A DNA stretch of 63,965 nucleotides, counting the filler, from Malassezia furfur (taxonomy: Eukaryota), in NCBI GenBank assembly GCA_052055015.1. It is 4 parts of 4 records of this genome, joined end to end, with 100 filler letters (N's around TTAATTAATTAA, not from the genome) between each part and the next. Parts side by side here need not be neighbours in the genome. Positions count along the whole stretch, not along the records: positions 16,780 to 33,419 come from JBQJIT010000244.1; positions 33,520 to 50,067 come from JBQJIT010000245.1; 2 more parts are not named here. One strand, given 5' to 3'. Below are positions 32,795-43,925 of the stretch, in pieces. The translations under genes and the position numbers were made by a program. Each line of letters begins with the position of its first letter. The first letter of the stretch is position 1. The notes beneath the pieces are model-generated. The model saw only the letters and a list, made by a program, of their open reading frames with translations. It was not told where the DNA came from and ran no database searches.

Positions 32795-33419
32795 CTAGCG
32801 CGGACGCCGGCGTGGGCCCAGGACCAGGGGCCCGTTCCACGTAAGTGTGCTGCTCTCGCGCAGCGGTGCCGACGGCGGTGGCGCACGCGGCGCGGCTGCC
32901 AAGACGCCGCCGGGCATCGGAAAGTCGTCGTCGTCGTCGCCCCACGCCCCGGAAGGGGGCGGCGCCGGCACCGGCGAAGAGACGGGGTCAGTGCGCGTGC
33001 GCTTTGCGGCCCGCGCCGGCGAGCTCGGCACGCTTTCTGTGTCGCTCGTACGCGCCTCGAGCTCTGCGAGGCGCTTGCGGTACGCCGCCTCGGTCTGTGA
33101 CTGCTGCGACTGCTGCGCACGGATGGTGCGGTATTTTTCCTGCGCACGCCGCACGGCTGCCTGCAGCTCGCGCATCTGGTCGGCCATGTGCTGGTTGCGG
33201 GCGCGGATCGCGGTGAGCGCCGACGTGGCGTCCGCGGCCTGCTCTTCGGCCTGCTGGACGCGGGCGGCGGCCTCCGCCTCGCGCTTCTCGGCGGCCTCTT
33301 CGCGCAGTGCCGCGCGGCGCACGGCCTCGACGCTCGCGGCCTTGGCGCTCGCGACGGCGTCTTGCATGCGCGCGAGTGCCGCGGCCTGCTCGCGCTCCCG
33401 CGCCGCCTCGCGCCCCGCC
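32795..33419 (-). CDS. Coiled-coil protein, C-terminal fragment (5' part lost in the gap)
   Basis: Ala/Glu/Arg-rich heptad ORF running from the gap to ..PLVLGPRRRPR*. Confidence 0.6.
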
Positions 33420-33519
33420 NNNNNNNNNNNNNNNNNNNNNNNNNNNNNNNNNNNNNNNNNNNNTTAATTAATTAANNNNNNNNNNNNNNNNNNNNNNNNN
33501 NNNNNNNNNNNNNNNNNNN
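33420..33519. other. Assembly spacer
   Basis: N run with TTAATTAATTAA. Confidence 0.99.
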
Positions 33520-35231
33520 AGCGGCGAGCGCAGCAGGTCGTCGGCGCCGTCGCCCGCGTCGCTCGGCGCCTCGGACGCGTCGCTGTGCTGCGACTGACTC
33601 AGCTCGCTGTTCGTATCGTCGTCGTCGTCGTCGTCGAGAAAGGCCTCCACCTCGTCCTCGGCCTCGCCCCAGTCCATGTTGGCGAGGTCGTCGAGCGCGA
33701 CCTCGTCGGCGTTCTCGGGGTCTGCGTGCACGCTGGACGCCAGGTCCTGCAGCGCACCCGTGTCGAGAGACGCGAGCCGGTCGCTGCGCGGCACGCGGTA
33801 CAGCTCCTCGCTCTGCCGCACCCACTGGCACATCGAGTCGTTGAGCCACGCGGGGAACACGACGTGCACGCCGCCGCGCCGGAACGCCTCCTCGGCCTTG
33901 GCCGTGCCCGCACTCGCGGCGACCATGTGTGTGACGTCCTTGGCGAGGTCGCGGCGGCACTGTGCGCCAAACTCTTCTGCGGCGGTCCAGATCGCCGAGC
34001 TGCGTCAGCACACCACACCACGCACCTTTCGGGCTGCTCGTTCAGCGGGATCAGCCCCGAGAACGCCAGCACACATCCTTGGAGCACGGTGCATTTCATG
34101 CGCGTGATGATGTCCTTCACATCGACGTCCTGGTGCGCGTCGTGCGCGCGATACCATTCGTCGTGGATCTGCTCAAGAAGCTGGGGTGAGCAGCGGCGCA
34201 CGTACAGACTGGATCAGCTCCAGGTTGGTATCGTCGTTGTGCAGCACCGCCTGCTGCTGCACCGGCGCAGCGGCGGCCGCCGGCTTGCCGTCGTCCTGCA
34301 CTGCATTCTTCTCCTCCTGGAGGCGCGCAAGCGGGCGCGTATCCACCTGCTCGTGGATCGTCTGCCGCTGCTGCTCGGCGAGTGGCGCACTCGCCTCCTT
34401 CTCGGGCGCCGGCGCCGTGGATGACGGCGCACTGGGGCCGAGATGGCCCGCATTGATGTCGCCGATCCCCACAAAGAACTCGTCTGCGTCAGCATAGCCA
34501 CGTACACGGCTCGACCTTAATCAGGTTCGGCGACCACGACCACACGTCTGCACGGTCGTCGATGATCACCACCATCGACGTGTTGACCGGAAAGAGGCGC
34601 GCGAGGCTCTTTTGCGCCATGCTCTCATTTTCGTCACGCGACAAGATCCGCGCGCCAAACAGCTTGCCCGTCGGATCGACAATGCGGCAGATACAGTCCG
34701 CGTAGGACCGCGTGCCCATCGTGTAGACGTGCAGCTCAAACTTGACCGCGAGCGCCGCGAGGAAGCTCGTGAGCTGCGGACGCAGCTTCACAAAGTACCA
34801 GCACCCGTCCTCATCGCCACCCGTTGCAAACGACTTGGCATCGTCTTTGTGCAGCGCCTCGGGCGCATGCGACACCGTCTTGCCGTCGGCACCCAGCTGG
34901 AATGCAACAATGTCGCTCAATGCCTCCCAGTTGGGGTTCGTCACGTCTTGCGCCCACTCGCGCACGGTCGGATCAACGGTCACATGGATGATCGTCTGGT
35001 CCAAGTCGACAATCAGTGCCAGCTTGCGCTCCTCAAGTAGCCGCGTAGTGCTTTCGCGGTCGATGCGCTCCGCCTCGGCGCGCGACACTTTGACGCTCGC
35101 GGATGAGTGCAGCGTCGCATAGGTCTGCTCTCCAAACGATTCCCTGCGTTAGTTGAGGCCACGCACTCGTCGATCTCTTTGCCACATACGGCACAGAGCC
35201 CTCCCACCTGGATGGGATGGTCACACTCCAT
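33520..35231 (-). CDS. FCP1: RNA polymerase II CTD phosphatase Fcp1 (FCPH + BRCT), 3' end truncated by the gap
   Basis: CDHPIQVGGLCAVCG, LIVDLDQTIIH, YTMGTRSYA, IIDDRADVW and a BRCT (FSGLIP..THMVAA..WL). Introns 35144-35166, 34484-34505, 34181-34205, 34000-34025. Confidence 0.94.
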
Positions 35232-35324
35232 GCCCACGAGAACGTCGTTGGTCCGAGCTGCGCGCGCCCCCGCGTATTTCCTAGGCCACGCGCGCGCGCG
35301 CCCCACTCCCTCCACCTCCACGCC

Positions 35325-36155
35325 ATGTCGTTGGACCCGTACGGTGCGTCGGCGCAGCGCTCACTGACCCAGACCACACAAGCAAAACGGACGTGGGGAG
35401 CATCGAGGGCACGACGTGGGCACTCAGTTCTGCCAAAGCGCGCCATGGCGTTGCCCAACTCATGGACGATGATCTCAATACACTATGGCAGTACGTCGCG
35501 CAACTCACCCGCAGGAGCGAAGGCAGCCAGCCGCACACCGTCACGATCCACTTTCCAAAACGCACCAAAGTCACTGTACGAATGGCGCACTCACACAGCA
35601 CGTCTCTGTCTACCTCGACTGCCGCCGCGACGACTCATATACCCCCACGAAAATCCTCGTCAAGGCCGGCACCCATCCCTACGACCTCGTCGAGGTCCGC
35701 TACCGGTACGTGCTGTATGCTGACGCAGCGACTTCGTCGAGCCCCAGGGATGGTACCACTTTGTTCTGGACAAACCCGATCCCGACGTGCCCGAGGAGCA
35801 GTCGGCCACGTTTCCTCTCGAGCCCATCGAGGTGTTTGTGCTGCAGGTGTGCATCCTAAGCAACCACCTCAACGGAAAAGATACCCACATCCGCGGCATG
35901 AAAGTGTTTGGACCCCCGGCACCCGGCATGATGCCTACTGCGCCGCCGGCCTCGTCCAAGGCGCCCGTCGAGCGCCTCGTCCAGCAGGGGATGCGCACAG
36001 AGGCGTTCCGGCGGCAAGTCGCACGCGTCGGTTTCGACCGCGCTGCGGCCCAGCTTGAACGCATCATGCAGCAGCACACACATAGCCCAGCCGGTCCCGC
36101 CGTGCCCGCGCGCGTCCCTGCACGGCACTCGGCGCTGACCAACACCCTCCGGTAG
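35325..36155 (+). CDS. APC10: Anaphase-promoting complex subunit 10
   Basis: WALSSAK..TLWQSEGSQPH..DDSYTP..SNHLNGKDTHIR and C-terminal LR tail. Introns 35344-35372, 35491-35514, 35576-35598, 35706-35728. Confidence 0.93.
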
Positions 36156-36199
36156 CGTCTTCCAACACCCACGTAATCCTCCACACGCTCGCGGCCTCC

Positions 36200-37492
36200 A
36201 TGGAGGCCATCTTGCGGAAGCAGCTGAAGCAATGGCAGCGCGAGTTCCGCACACAGCATGGGCGTGAGCCGTCGAAATCCGATGTAATGCAGAATCCAGA
36301 GATTGCCTCGACCTACGACACCTGGCGCGCGCTGTCCGCGGCGACCACCACGGCGCGGCCGTCGTCTAAGGCGTCGTCGAGTGCAACCCCTGCCGACACC
36401 TCGATGCGCGCGCCGCCGACCACGCCGCAGAAGCGCCAAAAAACGATACCCATGACCACTTCTGACAATCCTTTCCGATCCCCACAAAAGCCCACGCCGT
36501 CATACACCAAGTCGCCGTCGTTTCCGTCCAAGGTCGTGCAGGAGACGCCGTACGATTCGGACATGAGCGACGACGAGCCCGCATCCTTGCCTGTTCCCCA
36601 GCAACGCACGCCATCTAAGTCACAGCCTCCGCCTGTCTTTGCGGCCTTCACACCCCGCACCAAGGCACGCAAACGGTTGCGCGGCGAAGACGTACGGACG
36701 CCGCCGCGCCCAGGGTTGCAGCGCACCGAGTCGCAGACCCGCTCAGCACTCTTGGCGCACAGTCCACAAGCGAAGCGGCGCATTTTTTCGGCGCCCCAAG
36801 CGTCGCTTGACTCGATACCCAACGCGGACGACGAGATTCTCGGACCGTCGCCGCGCAAGCCGAAAACCAACGAGCGCAATTTCCGCCCTCTGTTCCGCAC
36901 GGCAAGTGCGCAAGATACGCAGCTGTTGCGAACTCCCGAAAAGTCCCCGGCGCAGCCTTCCGTGTCGTCACAGAACTCGCACGCGACCCTTTCTCCGACG
37001 CCCGCGACGTCGCAGACGTCGGCCACGACACAGGTACCGCCCATTGCGCCTGGTGCCCAGACACTGGAGCTTGACGACGACGACGACGATGCGCACACGG
37101 TCCATGTGCTACCCTACCAGCGCTATGGCTCGGCGCGCCGTGCCGTCCACGACGAATGGGACGAAATGGATGCGCTCGAACTCCCATCCACGCGGCATGC
37201 AGCGGGTCCGGCAGCTCCCTCCTCGCCATTAACGATGGACAATCTGTCGCTCGTTTCCCCAGCGCACCACACACAGCGCGCCGATGCAGCGCGGAGACAG
37301 CGCAATGAGGAGCTCACCCATGCGCTGTTTCACGAAGAGACGCACATTCCTGCGCCCATCCATGCACGCGCGGATGTGGATCCAGATGAAACACTGCGTG
37401 CTGCTGGCTCCGATGACGACTGGGCGAGCGAGGCGAGTGAGGGAGAGTACGGCCTGGGCGACGGCGAAATGGACTCGGACGACATTCTGTAG
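36200..37492 (+). CDS. SLD2: DNA replication regulator Sld2/Drc1
   Basis: LRKQLKQWQREF..HGREPSKSDV..Y Sld2/RECQL4 N-terminal motif, followed by many S/T-P CDK sites. Confidence 0.78.
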   Translation: MEAILRKQLKQWQREFRTQHGREPSKSDVMQNPEIASTYDTWRALSAATTTARPSSKASSSATPADTSMRAPPTTPQKRQKTIPMTTSDNPFRSPQKPTPSYTKSPSFPSKVVQETPYDSDMSDDEPASLPVPQQRTPSKSQPPPVFAAFTPRTKARKRLRGEDVRTPPRPGLQRTESQTRSALLAHSPQAKRRIFSAPQASLDSIPNADDEILGPSPRKPKTNERNFRPLFRTASAQDTQLLRTPEKSPAQPSVSSQNSHATLSPTPATSQTSATTQVPPIAPGAQTLELDDDDDDAHTVHVLPYQRYGSARRAVHDEWDEMDALELPSTRHAAGPAAPSSPLTMDNLSLVSPAHHTQRADAARRQRNEELTHALFHEETHIPAPIHARADVDPDETLRAAGSDDDWASEASEGEYGLGDGEMDSDDIL

Positions 37493-37527
37493 ATGTGGAG
37501 GTAGCGACGCGACGCGACGCGTCGACC

Positions 37528-40498
37528 ATGGCCGAGAGCGCGCCACTGTTCTTTTTGGATGGGGACGACGCTGAGGGCGGTGCAGGCCACGGCGCCGCAT
37601 CGTCACAGCCGTCCAAGCCATGGAAGCGGCGGTACTTGGGCACCTTTGTGCTTTCTGCCTACTCTATGACCAAGGGCAGTGGCTGCATCCAGCCCGGCGA
37701 CCGCGTGCTGATTCAGCGCAAGAAGAAGCCCGTCAAGGCGTCAGGGCGCGGTGGTGCACGGGCGCGTGAGCGGCCCGACTATGTGGTGCGGTTCAGTGAT
37801 CTGCGCGGTACGTGAGCACGCTTACGCAGGATTTGAAATTGGGCGCATCCCCGTGGACGTGGGCGGTTGGATGTCGCGTTTGCTGGACGACGGTCTTGTG
37901 GAATTCGACGGCACCGTCGTCGATTGCCCCACGCCGCTGAGCGTAGGAAGCGACATCCTCCTCGAGATCAAGGCGTACATCAAGCGCGACGCATTCCGAG
38001 AGAGCATCACGAGCCTTGTGAATCTGCAGTCGGACGACGTCGGCACACCGCTCGCGGAAGAGAGTGCGCACGAGCGCCACCTGCGGCATCGCAAGGTGGC
38101 GCTCCAGCGTCTTTTCCGTGCGTGCGACTTATCGCCGGCACAGAGCGCGGCGGCGCACGACGAAAAGGAGAAGGAGACGAAGCCTGTCGCCGAAACTCCG
38201 CAAGCCGAGGGCGACGACGGCACCGAGGTGTCTGACTCGCGCCTGAACGACATCTACGCACGCGCACAGCAGAACGATGCCTCGCTTCCTGAAGCAGAAA
38301 CGCCCGATACCTTTGCCCTGGCGCTGCGTCCGTACCAGAAGCAGGCGCTTGCGTGGATGCAGGAGATGGAGTCGACCCAGACATCGTCTTCACGCGAGGC
38401 AAGCTTGCACCCCCTGTGGGAAGCGTACACGTTTCCGTTGGCGGACGATCCCGACGCAGGGTCCGAGCCCTTCTACTACAAGTATGTGCCGTGCACTGAC
38501 CCAGTCCGTACATTGGCGACCTGAGCCTCACCTTCCAACCGGCGAGCCGCGGCGCGCGCGGCGGCATCCTTGCGGACGAAATGGGTCTCGGCAAGACCAT
38601 CATGCTTGCGAGTCTCATCCACGCGAACCGCACCGTCGATGCACAGGCACCGCCGCCGCCGAAGCGGGCCAAGACCCTGAAACAGGCGTCGCTTGCCTCG
38701 GCATTCGGCGCCGCGCCCAAGCCCTCCAAGTCTCACGCGACGCTCGTCGTAGCGCCCATGAGCCTGCTGAGCCAGTGGCAGAGCGAGTTGGAGCGCGCGA
38801 GCCGGCCTGGTACGCTCGCGGTCCACGTGTACTACGGCGAAGGGCGCGACCAACTCGTTGCGGCGCTCGAACAGCAGCGCGTGGACGTGGTGATTACGTC
38901 GTACGGCACGCTTACGAGCGAGTACCGCCGCGAGTCGGAGCGACGGGGCAGCGGGCTGTTGTTCCGCCATGCGTGGCACCGTGTGATCCTCGACGAGGCG
39001 CACACCATCAAGAACCGCGCGACGGTCGCTGCGCGTGCCGCATGCCTGCTGCAGGCCGACCGGCGGTGGGCGCTGACCGGCACGCCGATCCAGAACCGGC
39101 TGACCGACCTGTACAGCCTGCTGCGCTTCCTGCACGTGGAGCCGTGGGGCGATGTGAGCTTCTTCAACAGCTTTCTCGCCAAGCCGTTCGCGAGCCAGAA
39201 CGCTAAGGCCCTCGACATTGTGCAGGCGATCCTCTCGAGCATCCTGCTGCGCCGCGAAAAGAGCACGCGCGACCGCAACGGGCGCCCGATCGTTGACCTG
39301 CCCGAAAAGACGCTCGACACGCAGCATCTGCGCTTCTCCGAGACGGAACGCGAGATTTATCTCAGTGTGTATGAGCGCGCACGCATGCGGTACAAGCGGC
39401 TTGCGGCGCAGGGCCTCGTGGGGCGCAACTTTAGCCTGATCTTCTCTGTGCTGATGCGCCTGCGCCAGGCCGTCTGCCATCCGCTGTTGGTAGTGCACTC
39501 GGACCGCACTACGGCGCTCCCCGAGCCGCTGCAGGCGGAGGAAATGGACGAGTCGCAGTACAATGCGCATCTGCACGACCTCATTGCGCGGTTCCAGGCA
39601 GGCGACGGCAGCGGCAACACACAGTATGCGCTGCAGGTCCTCGACGAGCTGGTGCAGAGCGACGCACCGTCCGAGGAGGGCGAAGAGTGCCCCTTCTGTA
39701 TGGAGACCAAGATGTCCAAGTGCTTTTTGCCGCTCTGCATGCACCACGGGTGCCGCGACTGCCTTGTGCAGTACCTGCAGGCGTGCGAGGACCGTGGCGA
39801 GGAGCCCCACTGCCCCGTGTGCCGCAAAGGGCCCGTGCAAGTCGCAGATCTGGTCGAGTCGGTGCGTGCGCCCAAGCCGACGGCGCCGAGCGTGCGCGGA
39901 GTGCCGCGGAGCAGCACCAAGCTGGACGCACTGATGGCACAGCTGCGCGAGCTCACCGCGCAGGACAAGGCGCTGAAAGGCGTCATCTTTGTACGTGATG
40001 CACTGACACAGTCGCAATTCACCGGCTTCCTCGACCTGATCCAGGCGACACTCGACCATGCCGGGTACAAATACGTGCGTCTCGACGGGAGCACGTCGCA
40101 GGCCGACCGCGCCAAAGTGCTCCGTACATTCGACGAGAGCCGCGAGCCGCTGCTCCTGCTTATTTCGCTGCGCGCCGGCGGCGTCGGTCTGAACTGTACG
40201 TTGCGCAACTCACACCCAGTGACGGCCGCCAATCACGTATGGCTCATGGACTGCTGGTGGAACAGCAGCATGTACGTCGCCCCACTTACGCAGCGAGGAC
40301 CAAGCCGTGGACCGTATCCACCGTGTCGGCCAGACGCGGCCCGTCACAGTGCACCGCCTGCTGGTCGAGGACACGATCGAGGACCGCATCCTGGCGATCC
40401 AGCGGCGCAAAAAGGCGCTTGTCCACCATGCACTATCGCAGCCTGCGCGCGACGCTCCGTCCGAGGCGCTCGAGAACCTTGCGTTGCTATTTGACTAG
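37528..40498 (+). CDS. RAD5: DNA repair protein Rad5 (HIRAN + SNF2 helicase + RING)
   Basis: [74 protein letters not shown]. Introns 37808-37829, 38482-38504, 39991-40011, 40196-40219, 40272-40293. Confidence 0.95.
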
Positions 40499-42081
40499 CA
40501 CCCTGTGCGCTCGCACACATAGAGCATCGGCACGGTGTCGATCTCGATAGGGAGCATGGCGCGCCAGGCGGCCGGGAACGAGCGGGCTCGGTGGATGCCG
40601 AGCAAATCCTGGGCATATGTGCACACCGGTTTGCGCCGCACACGCGCAAGCCCATCGATGGGCGCGCCAAGCGGCGTAAAGAAGGAAGCGTCGCCCGCGA
40701 CGCGGCAGCCTGCCGACTCGGTAAGAAGATGCGTGAAGTCGCACCACGGCGCGTCCGCACCGAGCCCCTCGGTTTTGTTGTATTGCCACACCGGCGCGCG
40801 CGTCGGCACCAGCGATGCATGGGGACGAGGCAGGTGCGTGCACTGGAACAGCGACACGCCGGTCATGGCCGCGAGCGTGTCGACATGGAGGTGGACATCC
40901 GGTGTATGAATGCGCTCGTGCGCCGCATGCAGCGCTGCGCCTCCGGGGTAGTTATGCGCACTCACGTAGGTGTACAGCGCGAGAAGAAGCGCCCCCACAC
41001 CAACGCACCCGGCCACCAAGGCCCGCCCGGCCCATGGCGCGCGCCGCACACAGGCCCATGCACCATACGCACTCAGGGCATTCCAGAGCGGTAGCGTGTA
41101 CATGAGAAAGCGCCATTCCTTATGCGCCAGCGCACTCAGAAGACAGGTATGGAACACGGCCAGAAAGACGAGCGGCATACGACGCATGCCTTGTGCTGGC
41201 CGTGCCGCAAGGCCGGCGACAAGCAGCGGTAGTGTCGGCGCAAGCAGCCGTGGGAGCTCTTTGGCAAAGTAGGCATACCAGGGCGCAACGCCCCACTCGG
41301 CGCTGTGCCCTTCCACGACGTTGAACAGCAGTGCATGCACTTCGGGCCAGACGTACGTGCCGAGCCCGGGCAGGCGCTCGCGGTCGACGCTGTGCCAAAA
41401 ATACGAGTCGATGCAGACCGAGGCCGCTGCACCGGCCGCACATGATGCAGCACCGAGCGCTATGCACCTTGGCAGAGACAGGCGCCCGCTGGTCCATGCC
41501 CACAAGTACGCTGGTGCCGCCAGGCCCAAGACCTCGAGGCGCAGCGTACACGCCAAAAAGGCCAGCGCAGCGAGGCCGGCGATGCGAGCCCGCGGGCGAG
41601 TTCCGAGCACGCCAGCCAGTGCCGTGGTAACGAGCGGGAAGGCGACACTATTAGGGGTTGTGCGTGTGGACCAGAACACGAGGTGGAATTGTGTCGCACA
41701 CACCATGTAGAAAAACGACCGTGCGCCGGATGGGCGGAGCACGGCGTGGGCGAACGCCACGAGCGATGCCCACGTAGCAAATGCCAGGACCATACGCACC
41801 AGCAGCTGCACATCATCCGATGCATCGAGGCCGACGAGGCGCGCAAGCGCGACGAGCGGCGCACACGGCGCGGCTACGAGGAGCGGCCCAAGAAACGAGC
41901 GTGGCACAGCACCGGGGAATTGAACGTGGTCATACGACCGAACGCCATGCGCGACGCCGTATGTCAAGATGTCATGCACCGCCTGGAGTGTGAAACTCTC
42001 CTCGACTTTCGTATACGGCGCGAGCCACACCGGCACGCCTAAACCCGCGCCGAGAGCCGCGGCCCCCAACGTTTCCCACAT
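40495..42081 (-). CDS. ALG12: Dol-P-Man alpha-1,6-mannosyltransferase
   Basis: [52 protein letters not shown]. Confidence 0.94.
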   Translation of the reverse strand: MWETLGAAALGAGLGVPVWLAPYTKVEESFTLQAVHDILTYGVAHGVRSYDHVQFPGAVPRSFLGPLLVAAPCAPLVALARLVGLDASDDVQLLVRMVLAFATWASLVAFAHAVLRPSGARSFFYMVCATQFHLVFWSTRTTPNSVAFPLVTTALAGVLGTRPRARIAGLAALAFLACTLRLEVLGLAAPAYLWAWTSGRLSLPRCIALGAASCAAGAAASVCIDSYFWHSVDRERLPGLGTYVWPEVHALLFNVVEGHSAEWGVAPWYAYFAKELPRLLAPTLPLLVAGLAARPAQGMRRMPLVFLAVFHTCLLSALAHKEWRFLMYTLPLWNALSAYGAWACVRRAPWAGRALVAGCVGVGALLLALYTYVSAHNYPGGAALHAAHERIHTPDVHLHVDTLAAMTGVSLFQCTHLPRPHASLVPTRAPVWQYNKTEGLGADAPWCDFTHLLTESAGCRVAGDASFFTPLGAPIDGLARVRRKPVCTYAQDLLGIHRARSFPAAWRAMLPIEIDTVPMLYVCERTGC

Positions 42082-42136
42082 GCGGAGGCGGGGAAGTGGA
42101 GGCGTGTGTATAGCCGCGGGTTCTTCCAAAACCATC

Positions 42137-43039
42137 ATGACCGCCAACACGGCTACGGCGCCGCCCAAATCGAAGCTGACGCTGTACCTCGTTGTGTACA
42201 ATCTGCTGAGCTTTGTTGGATGGCTCCGTGTTTTCATCGGCGTCGTGCTGTACATGGTGCGCGGCTCCTCCGCGCGCCCCATGGTGTACGAATCCGTCGC
42301 GGAGTTTGTGCGGAAGTACACCCCCACGGCCATTGCGTCGCCGAGCCTGTCGTTCGCGCAGCACCACCCGTACATTTCGCTCGTTCTGCAGCGCATGACC
42401 GAGGTGCATGACTACATTGGCCCACTTGTCGTCCTTGTGCAGTCGCTCGCCGTCCTCGAGGTGGTGCACTCTGCGTTCGGATGGGTCAAGGCAAGCCCGC
42501 TTGTGACCGCCGTCCAGGTGGCCTCGCGCCTGATTATTGTGTGGGGTGTCTCGGAGCAGTATCGCGCGGCGGCCACGAGCCCCTACTATGCGGTCATGGT
42601 GTTCGCCTGGTCGCTTTCCGAGGTCGCTCGCTACCCCTTCTACGTGAACCAGCTGCTTGGCTCGCCGTCGTACATGGCGCTGTGGGCGCGCTACTCGTTC
42701 TTCATTGTGCTGTACCCAATGGGTGTTCTCGGCGAGATGCAGCTCATCTGGGCCTCGCTGCCCCACCACCTCGCGTGGCCGTGGGTGGATGCGACCGGCT
42801 GGAGCGTGCGCGACCTTTTGTTCCTGTCGCTGCTGCCCGTGTACATCCCTGGTCTGTTCTACCTGTACACGCGTCTGCTTGCATCCCGCCGCAAGGTGCT
42901 CGGCTCCGACTTTGTCGGCTCCAAGGGCAAGGCGGCTGTGAAGCAGCACCGCGACGAGTACCTCGCGCGCTTCCGTAAGCTGCAAGACAAGAACGCGGTT
43001 GCAGCCGAGGAGAAGGAAATCAATGCGTCGTGGAAGTAG
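42137..43039 (+). CDS. PHS1: Very-long-chain 3-hydroxyacyl-CoA dehydratase
   Basis: YLVVYN, QSLAVLEVVH, QVASRL, AWSLSEVARYPFY, RYSFFIVLYPMG, YIPG. Confidence 0.94.
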   Translation: MTANTATAPPKSKLTLYLVVYNLLSFVGWLRVFIGVVLYMVRGSSARPMVYESVAEFVRKYTPTAIASPSLSFAQHHPYISLVLQRMTEVHDYIGPLVVLVQSLAVLEVVHSAFGWVKASPLVTAVQVASRLIIVWGVSEQYRAAATSPYYAVMVFAWSLSEVARYPFYVNQLLGSPSYMALWARYSFFIVLYPMGVLGEMQLIWASLPHHLAWPWVDATGWSVRDLLFLSLLPVYIPGLFYLYTRLLASRRKVLGSDFVGSKGKAAVKQHRDEYLARFRKLQDKNAVAAEEKEINASWK

Positions 43040-43118
43040 TTGCACGTAGATACTTTCGAGAGACCGTGTGCGCTGGCTACAGTACAAATGCTACAGGGGA
43101 ATCATGCATGCGCATCAG

Positions 43119-43670
43119 TCAGTCATGCCCCGCGTCGCGCTGGAACATGTATTCGGCGCGCACCGCGGCTTGCGACGGGTCCGACAAGGGGTAGTCGATA
43201 CGGGTCACCTGCCCCTCACGCAGGAGCAGCGTGCATCGCTGCAGCACCTGCATCCCGCCGTCTTCGCGCATGGGCAGCTCGAGCTTATCGCTGAACTCGC
43301 GCTTGGCATCACTCAGGAGCGGGAAGGGCAGGCCAAGTGTTGCGTGGATGCGCGACTGGCAGGTGGGCGAGTACGTGCTGAGCCCAAATACGAGCAGGTC
43401 GGGCTCCCACTTTTTCAGGGTATCCATGTGTTCCTTGACCGACAACAGCTGCAGGGTGCTGGGCTGCGTCGGGCCGCAGTCCACCTCCTCGCCCTGCGCA
43501 GTGATGCGTGTCGGGAATGAAAAGGCACACAGCAGCACGGGGCGGCTGAGCGATAGCATAAAGAGGTCGATCTGCGGCTGCGCTGCGTCGGTGCTATGCA
43601 GCATGGTCACAGCCGGGAGCGGGTGCCCCGGCAGGTGGAATACGGCCATGTCCTTTTCGACCGCATGCAT
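43119..43670 (-). CDS. Peroxiredoxin/BCP-like redoxin-fold protein, probably catalytically degenerate; snoRNA host gene
   Basis: HLPGHPLP..VFGLST..LGLPFPLLSD..LQRCTLLLREGQV..YP redoxin-fold motifs. The GCT-x-Q motif reads PSTLQ. Confidence 0.75.
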   Translation of the reverse strand: MHAVEKDMAVFHLPGHPLPAVTMLHSTDAAQPQIDLFMLSLSRPVLLCAFSFPTRITAQGEEVDCGPTQPSTLQLLSVKEHMDTLKKWEPDLLVFGLSTYSPTCQSRIHATLGLPFPLLSDAKREFSDKLELPMREDGGMQVLQRCTLLLREGQVTRIDYPLSDPSQAAVRAEYMFQRDAGHD

Positions 43671-43704
43671 CTCTGGCGGTCAGTACCTGTTTGCTTCGGA
43701 TGTC

Positions 43705-43794
43705 CGGCCACTCAGGACAATAACGCATTTTTGGTCGCCCACCACCTTTCGGTGTGTCGCTTCGAGTCTGTTGAAATGCTCATCATGGTGGCCG
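43705..43794 (-). ncRNA. Box C/D snoRNA, snR68-like (25S rRNA Am guide), intronic
   Basis: Terminal stem CGGCCAC/GUGGCCG, box C AUGAUGA (43786-43780), box D CUGA (43715-43712). Guide UGCGUUAUUGU is complementary to the LSU segment AC(A/G)AUAACGCA. Confidence 0.85.
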
Positions 43795-43834
43795 TAGCAT
43801 ACATACCTAGCGGTCAGCACTGTGGCAGGTTGTG

Positions 43835-43925
43835 TGGGCGCGTTCAGGAGTCCTATGTGCAATCATGGACGAATCTCAGTGGATTGACAGATTGATTTAC
43901 GAAGGAAGTTCATCCTTCGCGCCCA
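43835..43925 (-). ncRNA. Box C/D snoRNA guiding 18S rRNA Um (SNORD110-like site), intronic
   Basis: Terminal stem UGGGCGCG/CGCGCCCA and box C AGGAUGA. A 15-nt guide UCAAUCUGUCAAUCC is perfectly antisense to the conserved 18S GGAUUGACAGAUUGA. D' CUGA, C' AUGAUU and D CUGA follow. Confidence 0.9.
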
